A DNA stretch of 59,705 nt, from positions 1 to 59,705 of the forward strand of contig DATILQ010000266.1 in NCBI GenBank assembly GCA_035476235.1, in the 5' to 3' direction. The notes under the pieces were generated by a model. It was not told where the DNA came from. It did not search any database and saw only the letters and a list, made by a program, of their open reading frames with translations. The DNA is from Burkholderiales bacterium. GTDB taxonomy: Bacteria > Pseudomonadota > Gammaproteobacteria > Burkholderiales > SG8-39. The position numbers and the translations under genes are program-made. Below are positions 45,013 through 52,900 of this stretch, piece after piece; within the stretch, counting starts at the first letter, position 1; each line of letters starts with the position of its first letter.

Positions 45013-46014
45013 TCAGATGACTTTGGCGCGGAACAGGTCGTGCATGTTGAGCGCGCCGACCAGCCGGTCGCGCTCGTCGACCACCAGCAGCTGGTTGACC
45101 TTGTGCCGCTCCATCAGCTGCACGGCCTCGACCGCCAGCGCCTCGGCGCGAATGGTTTTGGGCCCGGTCGTCATGACGCTGTCGACGGCGGTGGCATGGA
45201 AGTCGGCGCCTTTCTCCAGCGAGCGGCGCAGATCGCCGTCGGTGAAGATGCCGCGCACGCGTCCAGCTTCGTCCACCACCGCGGTCATCCCCATGCGGCT
45301 GCGCGACATCTCGACCACCGCCTGCATGGCCGGCACGCCGCTCCGGACGCACGGCATGTCATTGCCGCGGCGCATGACCTCGGCAACGTGCACCAGCGCC
45401 TGGCGGGACAGCCTGCCGCGGGGATGGCTGCGCGCGAAATCGTCCGCCGAGAAGCCGCGCGCGCTGAGAAGAGCGACGGCGAGCGCGTCTCCCAGCGCGA
45501 GCGCCGCGGTGGTGCTCGCCGTCGGCGCGAGATTGTGGGGGCAGGCTTCCTGCTCGACCGCGGCGTCCAGATGCACGTCCGCTTCACGCGCCAGCGCCGA
45601 ATCCGCGCGCCCCGTCATGGCGATCAACTTTGCGCCGCGCCGCTTCACCAGCGGAACGATCTCGAGCAGCTCCTCGCTCGAGCCGGAATACGAGATGGCA
45701 ACGAACACGTCGCCGCTCTCGATCATGCCGAGGTCGCCGTGGCTCGCCTCCGCGGGATGCACGAAGTAGGCGGGCGTTCCGGTGCTCGACAGCGTGGAGG
45801 CGATCTTGCGCGCGACGTGACCCGACTTGCCGATCCCGCTGACGATCACGCGGCCGCGGCGCCCGTGGATCAGCGACACGGCAGCGAGGAAGCGCGCGTC
45901 GAGGCGCTCGATCAGCCCCCGCACCGCGTCGGCCTCGATGGCCAGCACGCGCCGGGCGATATCGAGCGCGCCCGGTGCGCTGTCCTGCTGTTTTTTCGGC
46001 GCCGCCTTTATCAT
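45013..46014 (-). CDS. kdsD: Arabinose-5-phosphate isomerase
   Basis: Starting at the ATG at 46014: SIS domain (VSGIGKSGHVARKIASTLSSTGTP) plus tandem CBS domains. Confidence 0.95.
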   Translation of the reverse strand: MIKAAPKKQQDSAPGALDIARRVLAIEADAVRGLIERLDARFLAAVSLIHGRRGRVIVSGIGKSGHVARKIASTLSSTGTPAYFVHPAEASHGDLGMIESGDVFVAISYSGSSEELLEIVPLVKRRGAKLIAMTGRADSALAREADVHLDAAVEQEACPHNLAPTASTTAALALGDALAVALLSARGFSADDFARSHPRGRLSRQALVHVAEVMRRGNDMPCVRSGVPAMQAVVEMSRSRMGMTAVVDEAGRVRGIFTDGDLRRSLEKGADFHATAVDSVMTTGPKTIRAEALAVEAVQLMERHKVNQLLVVDERDRLVGALNMHDLFRAKVI

Positions 46015-46032
46015 TGCGGGCAAGTATAGCCC

Positions 46033-48012
46033 ATGGATTCCGCGGTCGTTTCTCTCCAATCGGTGCTCGTGCTGCTCGCGAGCAGCGTGCTCGCGGTGGC
46101 GGTCTGCAGGAGCCTGCAGCTGCCGCCGATGATCGGCTATCTGGTGACCGGCCTCGCCCTGGGCCCGCACGCGCTGGGGCTGGTCTCCGACATCGAGGAA
46201 ACCCGCCGGCTCGCGCAGTTCGGCGTGGTGTTCCTGATGTTCTCGATCGGGCTCGAATTCAGCTTGCCGAAGCTGCTCGCCATGCGGCGCGCGGTGTTCG
46301 GGCTCGGCCTTGCCCAGGTGGCCGCGACGATCGCGCTCGCCGTCGGCGCCGCGCTGGCCGCCGGCGCCTCGTGGCAGGCGGGGCTCACCCTCGGCGGCAT
46401 CGCCGCGATGTCCTCGACCGCGATCGTCTCCAAGCTGCTCGCCGAGCGGCTCGAGCTCGACACGGCGCACGGCCGCCAGGTCATCGGCATGCTGCTGTTC
46501 CAGGACCTCGCGGTGGTTCCCTTGCTGGTGCTGCTTCCAGCGCTCGACCAGCCCGCCGACGCGCTCGGTGCGGCGCTCGCCATCGCCCTCGGCAAGGCGG
46601 TGCTCGCGCTCGCGGTCGTGATCACCCTCGGGCCAAGGCTGATGCGCGCCTGGCTGGGAATCGTCGCGCGCCGCCGCTCGAACGAGCTGTTCGTCCTGAA
46701 CGTGCTGCTCGTCACGCTGCTGCTCGCCTTCGTCACCGGCCTGGCCGGCCTGTCTCTCGTGCTGGGGGCGTTTCTCGCCGGGATGCTGATCTCCGAGACC
46801 GAGTTTCGCTTCCAGGTCGAGGAGGACATCCAGCCCTTCCGCGATGTTCTGCTCGGGCTGTTCTTCGTGACCGTCGGCATGATGCTCGATCTGCGCCTGG
46901 TGCTCGGCGAGTTCGCGCTGGTGATGCTGCTGTTCGTGCTGCTGGTCGGCGCGAAGTTCGCGCTCATCGCGTTGCTATCGTCCGCGTTCGGCAGCGCACC
47001 GGGCACTGCGCTGCGCGTCGGGATCGCCCTCGCCCAAGCGGGCGAATTCGGCTTCGTGCTGCTGTCGCTCGCCGCACCGACGCGGGTGGTGCCCGAACCC
47101 GTGCTGCAGGGCCTGCTCGCCGCCATGATCCTCTCGATGCTCGCGACGCCGTTCCTCATCGCGGCGAGCGATCGCATCGTCATGCGCCTGTCGGGCGCGG
47201 AGTGGATGCTGCGCTCGCTCGAGCTGCATCGCATCGCGGCGCAGTCGATCGAGGTCGAGCGTCATGTCATCGTCCTGGGCTACGGGCGCAACGGGCAGCG
47301 CCTGGCGCGGCTGCTCGACGCCGAAGGCGTGCGTTACGTTGCGCTCGATCTCGATCCGGAGCGGGTGCGCGAGGCGGCGCTCGCCGGCGACGCGGTGGTT
47401 TTCGCCGACAGCTCGCGTCGCGAGGCGCTGGTTGCAGCCGGCATCGCGCGGGCTGCGGGCGTGGTCGTGACGTTCGCCGACGTCGACGCCGCGGTGCGCG
47501 TGCTCGCCCACATCCACGCGTTGAATCCAGCAGTGCCGGTGATCGTGCGCGCGCGCGACGAGGACGATATTCCCCGTCTTACCGCCGCCGGCGCATCCGA
47601 AGTCGTGCCCGAGGCGTTCGAGTCGGGCGTCATGCTGGCTTCGCACACGCTGGTGCTGGTCGGCGTTCCGCTCAGCCGCGTCATGCGCCGCATGAGCCAG
47701 GTGCGCGGCGAGCAGTATCAACTGCTGCGCGGCCTGTTCCACGGCAGCGGCGACGGGCTCGACGGCGACGGAGAAGCGGTTGCGCGCCTGCACTCCGTCA
47801 TGCTCGATGAGCACGCCCACGCCATCGGCAGGCCGCTCGCGCAACTCGGGCTCGACGCGTTAGCCGTGCAGGTGAGGGCTGTGCGCCGGCGCGGGGCGCG
47901 CAGCAAGCTGACCGCGGCAGGGGCGGGTGCCTTGCAAGCCGGAGATGTGGTCGTGCTTCTCGGCGATCCCGAATCGCTCGCCGCCGCCGAAGCGCGGCTG
48001 CTGCGCGGCTAG
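46033..48012 (+). CDS. CPA2-family monovalent cation:proton antiporter with C-terminal RCK (TrkA-N/TrkA-C) domains (YbaL/KefB-like)
   Basis: About 12 TM Na_H_Exchanger core, then a VIVLGYGRNGQRLA Rossmann motif and a TrkA-C-like tail. Confidence 0.9.
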   Translation: MDSAVVSLQSVLVLLASSVLAVAVCRSLQLPPMIGYLVTGLALGPHALGLVSDIEETRRLAQFGVVFLMFSIGLEFSLPKLLAMRRAVFGLGLAQVAATIALAVGAALAAGASWQAGLTLGGIAAMSSTAIVSKLLAERLELDTAHGRQVIGMLLFQDLAVVPLLVLLPALDQPADALGAALAIALGKAVLALAVVITLGPRLMRAWLGIVARRRSNELFVLNVLLVTLLLAFVTGLAGLSLVLGAFLAGMLISETEFRFQVEEDIQPFRDVLLGLFFVTVGMMLDLRLVLGEFALVMLLFVLLVGAKFALIALLSSAFGSAPGTALRVGIALAQAGEFGFVLLSLAAPTRVVPEPVLQGLLAAMILSMLATPFLIAASDRIVMRLSGAEWMLRSLELHRIAAQSIEVERHVIVLGYGRNGQRLARLLDAEGVRYVALDLDPERVREAALAGDAVVFADSSRREALVAAGIARAAGVVVTFADVDAAVRVLAHIHALNPAVPVIVRARDEDDIPRLTAAGASEVVPEAFESGVMLASHTLVLVGVPLSRVMRRMSQVRGEQYQLLRGLFHGSGDGLDGDGEAVARLHSVMLDEHAHAIGRPLAQLGLDALAVQVRAVRRRGARSKLTAAGAGALQAGDVVVLLGDPESLAAAEARLLRG

Positions 48013-48707
48013 AACGCGCGGCAGAGGACGTAGGTATTGGTGCCGGTCTCCGCGTAGTTCGCGTTGCCGCCGGCGCCGGCGGCGGTGGCGTCAGCGACGA
48101 TCGCGGGGTTGGGCGCCGCCTGCAGCTGACCGCGCACGGTGCCGGACAGGCGCTGGCCGTCGTCCATCTGCGTGTCGACGGCAATCGCGATCTTGTCAGG
48201 CAGGTTGGCCGAGCAGATGATGAGCCCGGAGAATCCGCCCGCGCCGGCGGCAGCCCCCAGCACCGGGCCGCCCGCGCCGTCGCCGGTCTGCACGCCGATC
48301 TGGCCGGTGACCGCATTGAAAGGCTGCTGCGCGCCGTTGCCGGAGACAAACCCGGCGCGGCGCAGATGGTCCCACCACATGCAGGACTCGGGGGTGCCGG
48401 CGACGGAAACCGCCGGACAGGTGTTGTTGTAGGTGCCGGCGACCACGCCGTTGCCCGTGCCGGAGATGGCAGCCGGCGCGGTGGTCCAGCGCGTCGCCGC
48501 GTTCGGGTCGTCACCGGGAATGGCGCGGTAACGGTCCTGGTAGCCGTGGTAGGCCGCCGAGACGCCGGAGAAATCCGCGATCACGTTCTTGATCTTCGCC
48601 TGGGTGATCATCTCCTGCCCCTTCAGGATGCCGCCCAGCAGCAGCCCGATGATCACCAGCACGATCGCGATCTCCACCAGCGTGAAGCCTTGCTGCCTGT
48701 TCTTCAT
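48009..48707 (-). CDS. Type IV pilin-like protein (prepilin-type N-terminal cleavage/methylation domain)
   Basis: Leader MKNRQQG|FTLVEIAIVLVIIGLLLG (Gly-1, Phe+1, Glu+5). Two Cys pairs, including one near the C-terminus. GGAG RBS. Confidence 0.85.
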   Translation of the reverse strand: MKNRQQGFTLVEIAIVLVIIGLLLGGILKGQEMITQAKIKNVIADFSGVSAAYHGYQDRYRAIPGDDPNAATRWTTAPAAISGTGNGVVAGTYNNTCPAVSVAGTPESCMWWDHLRRAGFVSGNGAQQPFNAVTGQIGVQTGDGAGGPVLGAAAGAGGFSGLIICSANLPDKIAIAVDTQMDDGQRLSGTVRGQLQAAPNPAIVADATAAGAGGNANYAETGTNTYVLCRAF

Positions 48708-48747
48708 TGCCAATCTCCCCTGGACCCGTCCAGGCGAGAGCCTACCC

Positions 48748-48762
48748 GCAACATCCGTGCCA
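48748..48762 (-). promoter_or_regulatory. Sigma-54 (-24/-12) promoter for the pilin gene: TGGCAC-GGATG-TTGC
   Basis: The reverse complement of 48748-48762 reads TGGCACGGATGTTGC, an exact match to the TGGCAC-N5-TTGC core. It lies about 40 nt upstream of the pilin ATG (48707). Confidence 0.7.
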
Positions 48763-48824
48763 CGCAAAAATGGGTCAAAAAAGCGGCCAGAACATCAATT
48801 GACGAGGCAACGGCGTCGAGTTCC

Positions 48825-48852
48825 CGACACTTGCGTCGGTCCTTCGACACTT
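48825..48852 (-). promoter_or_regulatory. Direct repeat CGACACTT (48825-48832 and 48845-48852; GTGTCG on the pilin strand); candidate enhancer (bEBP) sites
   Basis: Two identical 8-mers 20 bp apart, roughly 90-115 nt upstream of the predicted sigma-54 start site. Confidence 0.3.
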
Positions 48853-48853
48853 T

Positions 48854-49579
48854 CTACCTTTTCGTCCCGCGAGCGATTCGCGCCTCCAGCTCGTCGAGTC
48901 GCTGCTTGAGGAAGCGGGCCTCGGCGGGATCGCGGATGGCCCCTTTCGCGAGCAGCCCGCCGATCATGATCTTCGCCGCCTCCAGCTCGCTCATGTCCTC
49001 GAGGATGAAGATCTCCATCTGCTTGGCCCAAACCGGGACGTCCTCCGCAGTCGTGTAGTGGTCGATCGCCGCGGCGAAACGGCGCGCCAGCGCCAAGTCC
49101 CCCAGCCGGTGCTTGGCAAGGAGCGCCGCGTGGGCAAGCCACGGCCAGCGCCGGTTGGGATCCTTGAGAAACTCCTGGTACACGAATTCCAGGGCGATGC
49201 GACTGCGCGCCTCGTCGGGGACTTCGGCATACACGCGCGCCGCGAGAAACAGCGGATACTCGCTGCGGGGGTCGAGCTCGAGGATCGCGCGCAGCCAGCC
49301 GGTAAGCCGGCGGTAATCCAGGTTCTTGTAGGGCAGCGCGTTTCCCCCGCCCAGGTCGAAAGCCTGGACGTACAACGCGACGAGCCGTGCGGCGGCCTCC
49401 GGCTCGCCGAAGCTCGCCAGGCGCAGGGCCTGCACCGGCGGCGGCGGCGGAAGATCCGCGGCGGCCGGCGGCGCGGGCTGGCGCGTGCCTTGCCAGGCCA
49501 GCTGCGCGGCGAGGCTGAGCCCGAGCGCGAGCCATACCCCTGGCGGCACGCAGGCGAGTGCTCGCGCGTCGCGATTCAC
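48854..49579 (-). CDS. Membrane-anchored, mostly helical hypothetical protein (241 aa)
   Basis: The GTG start overlaps the stop of the upstream permease gene (GTGA). One TM (GVWLALGLSLAAQLAW), a Pro-rich linker, then helical TPR-like repeats. I recognise no family. Confidence 0.55.
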   Translation of the reverse strand: MNRDARALACVPPGVWLALGLSLAAQLAWQGTRQPAPPAAADLPPPPPVQALRLASFGEPEAAARLVALYVQAFDLGGGNALPYKNLDYRRLTGWLRAILELDPRSEYPLFLAARVYAEVPDEARSRIALEFVYQEFLKDPNRRWPWLAHAALLAKHRLGDLALARRFAAAIDHYTTAEDVPVWAKQMEIFILEDMSELEAAKIMIGGLLAKGAIRDPAEARFLKQRLDELEARIARGTKR

Positions 49580-50337
49580 AAGTTGCGCCGGTGAAAATCG
49601 AACAGGCCGGCCGCGATCAGGAGCCCCGTGTACAGCACGAGCCCGGCGAGCGCGGCCGCGTAGGCCCCGGCATCGGGCGGACCATAGAGCAGCCACCCGG
49701 TCCGTGTCACCGCCTCGAGCCGCGGCAGGAGCAGCGCGATCGCGTCGACGCCCCAGCGCGCCAGCTCGTGCGGCAGCGAAGCTTCGGCCAGCGGCCCGCC
49801 GGCGATCGACTGGATCGCCGCCATCGAGCGGGCGAGAACGTAAAGCCCGGCGCTCGCCGCAATCGCGGGGACCTGCTGCGCGAGCGTCATGGAGAAAAAA
49901 AGTGCCGCCGCGGCGACCAATGCGCTCTCACAGGCGAGCGACAATGCCCATAGCGCCACCGTGCCCGCGCTCGCCCAGAGCAGCAGCGGAGCCGCGCAGG
50001 CCGCGGCGAGCGCGACCCCGCACAGCGCAAAGCCGGCGAGACGCCCGAGGTATTGCGTGGAGCGCGACAGCGGCAGCGACAGCATCCGCTCGAGCTCCTT
50101 GTCGTTGAGCTCGCGCAGCGTGCTGGAAGCCACGTGCGCGGCGATCAGGAACACGGCGCTGGCGCGCAGCAGCGCCGCGACGATCGAAGCCTGCAACGCT
50201 CGGCTTTCGGTGAGCGACACCTGCGAAAGAAATGCCGCCAAGCCGAGGGCGACGGCGATGCTCGCGGCGGCGAGCCAGGGCAGGCCGCTGCGGCGCGCCT
50301 CCAGCAGCACGAAACGGGCGAGAATGGCAGCTGGCAT
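49576..50337 (-). CDS. ABC-2/NosY-like six-TM permease with no adjacent ATPase
   Basis: 253 aa, six hydrophobic helices, and an N-terminus (ARFVLLEARRSGLPW) like ABC-2 family permeases. Confidence 0.65.
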   Translation of the reverse strand: MPAAILARFVLLEARRSGLPWLAAASIAVALGLAAFLSQVSLTESRALQASIVAALLRASAVFLIAAHVASSTLRELNDKELERMLSLPLSRSTQYLGRLAGFALCGVALAAACAAPLLLWASAGTVALWALSLACESALVAAAALFFSMTLAQQVPAIAASAGLYVLARSMAAIQSIAGGPLAEASLPHELARWGVDAIALLLPRLEAVTRTGWLLYGPPDAGAYAAALAGLVLYTGLLIAAGLFDFHRRNL

Positions 50338-50372
50338 GTTTTCATTTGTAGACTAGTCGCGGGATTCCGCCA

Positions 50373-52094
50373 ATGCAACCCGCGCGTCTCTTCGAGCCGG
50401 TGATCACGCGCCTGGCCAACAGCGTCTGGGCTTTCAGCCAGGGCCATTGGCGCCTGGTCGTGGTGGCGATGCTCGCTACGCTTCACGTCGCGGCGTTCCG
50501 CGGCGTCGCCGACCCATGGGCGCGCGCGCTCCTGCTCGTGCACCTCGGTCTGCTGCTGCTGTGGCAGCCGTTCCTGCGCGCCGAGCAGCGCATCTCGCCG
50601 ATGCAGGGCTTCATCCTTTCGCTGGTCGCGTTTGCCGTCATGCTGGCGCTCGACTGGTGGCTGCTCGTGTTCTGGGTGGTGGTGCTCGCCGGACTCGTGG
50701 GCGGCAAGGTCTACCAGCACCACGCGCGCTGGCAGCGGCTGAGCTACCTGGTGGTGCTGGCGTATCTTCTCGCGCTGCTAGCGGTGGTGATCCTGCCGGA
50801 GATCGCCCCGAGCCCGCAAATCACCCCCGAGATCCGCGGCGCCGCCGAATATCTGCTGCCGCTTGCGTTCGTGCTCATTCTGGCGCTTCCGGAGGAGCGC
50901 GAGCCGGCCGACACGGCGCAGGTGATCGATTTCTTCTACAGCATGTTCCTGATGCTCCTGCTGGTCGTCGTGATCCTGGGCAGCTTCACTTTCATGACGC
51001 TCAGGCGAACCGGCTATCTGGAAGCGCTCACCTACACCGTGTTCCTGACGGCCGGCGCGGTGCTGCTCGTCGGGCTGGCGTGGAACCCGCGCAGCGGGTT
51101 CGCCGGGCTGAACGTGTTTTTCGTGCGCTATCTGTTCTCCATCGGCCTGCCGGTGGAGCAGTGGCTGCATTTCCTCGCCGAGCTGCTGCAGCGCGAAGCG
51201 CGCCCGGAACGCTTTCTCGTCGAGGCGCTCAGCGGCCTCGCGCGCCTGCCGTCGGTGTCCGGCGTGAGCTGGAAAACCGCGGAGGCGAGCGGCGAGAAAG
51301 GCGAGCGTACGCCGCACGCCGTCGACTTCGAGAATAGCGCCGTTTCGCTGCGCATCTACTCGCGCTACCGCCTGAGCCCGGCGCTGCTCTGGCACCTGCA
51401 CCTGCTCGGGCAGCTGCTTGGCGAGTTCTACATGGCGAAGCTGCGCGAGGAGCAGCTGCGGCAGGCGAGCTACGTCCAGGCGGTGCACGAGACCGGCGCG
51501 CGCATGACGCACGACATCAAGAACCTGCTGCAGTCGCTGAACGTGCTCTGCGCGGTCGCGGCGCGCGACCATGGCCGCGATTCCGCGGAGCTGCAGGCGC
51601 TGATCCGGCGGCAGCTGCCGCTGATCACCCAGCGGCTGTCCGAGACGCTTGCCAAGCTGCGGCGCCCGGACGCCGCCGGGGAAACCTACGTGCCCGCGCA
51701 AGCCTGGTGGGACGCGCTCGGCCGCCAGTACCGCGGCGAAGGCGTCGAGTTCGAGGCGAGCAAGCTGCCGCACGCTGCTCGCCTGCCGCGATCGTTGTTC
51801 GACAGCGTCGCCGATAACCTGATCCGCAACGCGCTCGCCAAGCGCGCCACGCGCGTGCAGGTCTCCCTCGATTGGGACAGCAGCATCGCCTTGCGGGTGC
51901 GCGACTCGGGAAGCGCCGTGCCGCGCGAAATGGAGTCGACGCTAATGCGTGCCCCGGTGCAATCCGCAAGCGGCGGCCTCGGCATCGGCCTGTATCAGGC
52001 GGCGCGCCAGGCCGAGTCGAGCGGCTACCAGCTCGCTCTCGAGAGCAACCTGGACGGCGACGTCTGCTTCGCTCTGACCGGGCCCGCCGCCTAG
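50373..52094 (+). CDS. Polytopic sensor histidine kinase (about 7-8 TM N-terminal domain); no response regulator nearby
   Basis: H-box ARMTHDIKNLLQSL, N-box DNLIRNALAKRA and G-box GGLGIGLYQA. The N-terminal 300 aa are almost entirely membrane helices. Confidence 0.85.
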   Translation: MQPARLFEPVITRLANSVWAFSQGHWRLVVVAMLATLHVAAFRGVADPWARALLLVHLGLLLLWQPFLRAEQRISPMQGFILSLVAFAVMLALDWWLLVFWVVVLAGLVGGKVYQHHARWQRLSYLVVLAYLLALLAVVILPEIAPSPQITPEIRGAAEYLLPLAFVLILALPEEREPADTAQVIDFFYSMFLMLLLVVVILGSFTFMTLRRTGYLEALTYTVFLTAGAVLLVGLAWNPRSGFAGLNVFFVRYLFSIGLPVEQWLHFLAELLQREARPERFLVEALSGLARLPSVSGVSWKTAEASGEKGERTPHAVDFENSAVSLRIYSRYRLSPALLWHLHLLGQLLGEFYMAKLREEQLRQASYVQAVHETGARMTHDIKNLLQSLNVLCAVAARDHGRDSAELQALIRRQLPLITQRLSETLAKLRRPDAAGETYVPAQAWWDALGRQYRGEGVEFEASKLPHAARLPRSLFDSVADNLIRNALAKRATRVQVSLDWDSSIALRVRDSGSAVPREMESTLMRAPVQSASGGLGIGLYQAARQAESSGYQLALESNLDGDVCFALTGPAA

Positions 52095-52900
52095 GGAAGC
52101 ACGCCTGCGGCAATGAGCTTGCCGTAGAGCTCGCCGACGGTGATCCAGGTGAACTGATCGTCGAATTCGCCGTTCGCCGCGCCGTTTGGCGCGGGCACGT
52201 GAAACACGAATATCTGGTCGCCGTTCAGGTTGGCAGCCTCGTCGACGCCGGTTCCGCCGCTCGTCGCCGCGTTCTTTCCGGTGGAGAAAACGATTGTCAC
52301 GACGAGGTTTTGGCTCATGACCTGGTTTGCGGCGGAGCCGCAGGTGGTGCCGGTAATACCGGTCCCCGATTTGCAGATGAGCAGGTCGCTTGGCTGGCAG
52401 CTGATGCCGTTGCCCTTCAGCCAGGTGGCATTCTCGAAGTGCGGCAGCGTAGCGGTGCCCGAGCAATTGGTGATGGTTTTCGCGACGGCGTAGCGGATGC
52501 GGTTTTGCCACGCGTCGATCGCGAATCCGGCGGCGTCCACCGTCGGAAAGCCGATCGTCACCGCGGGCAGGAGACCGCCCACGACGCCGCCGGGCGTGCC
52601 GCCGTAATAGTCTTCTACGTTTGCGGCATCCTTGCATTCCCCCGCGGCGTTGCGCACCTCGACGCCGGCGCTGTTTGCGCGCGCGGGGCAGGGCAGGCGC
52701 CCATTGACGATCGCGAACGCAAGCACCAGCTCCCGCGCCTGCTCCAGCCGCCGGCGGGTGTCCTCGAAATTGCGCTGCTCGGTCTGCGCGGCCAGCGTGT
52801 ACAGCAGGCTCGACAGCATCAGCGTCACCACAAGCAGCACGATCGCCAGCTCGACCAGGCTGAAACCGGCGCTGCCCGGGGGATGCTGGCGTGCCCGCAT
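52091..52900 (-). CDS. Minor-pilin/pseudopilin-like protein (prepilin-type N-terminal domain)
   Basis: Starting at the ATG at 52900: PGSAG|FSLVELAIVLLVVTLML (Gly-1, Phe+1, Glu+5). Contains a GRLPCP motif. Confidence 0.8.
   Translation of the reverse strand: MRARQHPPGSAGFSLVELAIVLLVVTLMLSSLLYTLAAQTEQRNFEDTRRRLEQARELVLAFAIVNGRLPCPARANSAGVEVRNAAGECKDAANVEDYYGGTPGGVVGGLLPAVTIGFPTVDAAGFAIDAWQNRIRYAVAKTITNCSGTATLPHFENATWLKGNGISCQPSDLLICKSGTGITGTTCGSAANQVMSQNLVVTIVFSTGKNAATSGGTGVDEAANLNGDQIFVFHVPAPNGAANGEFDDQFTWITVGELYGKLIAAGVLP

Noticed and set aside
45975-47810. 611-aa plus-strand ORF overlapping the CPA2 antiporter gene in another frame
   Set aside because: Extremely Arg/Ala/Gly-rich with no TM helices. 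The alternative frame (46033-48012) encodes a convincing 12-TM antiporter with RCK domains.
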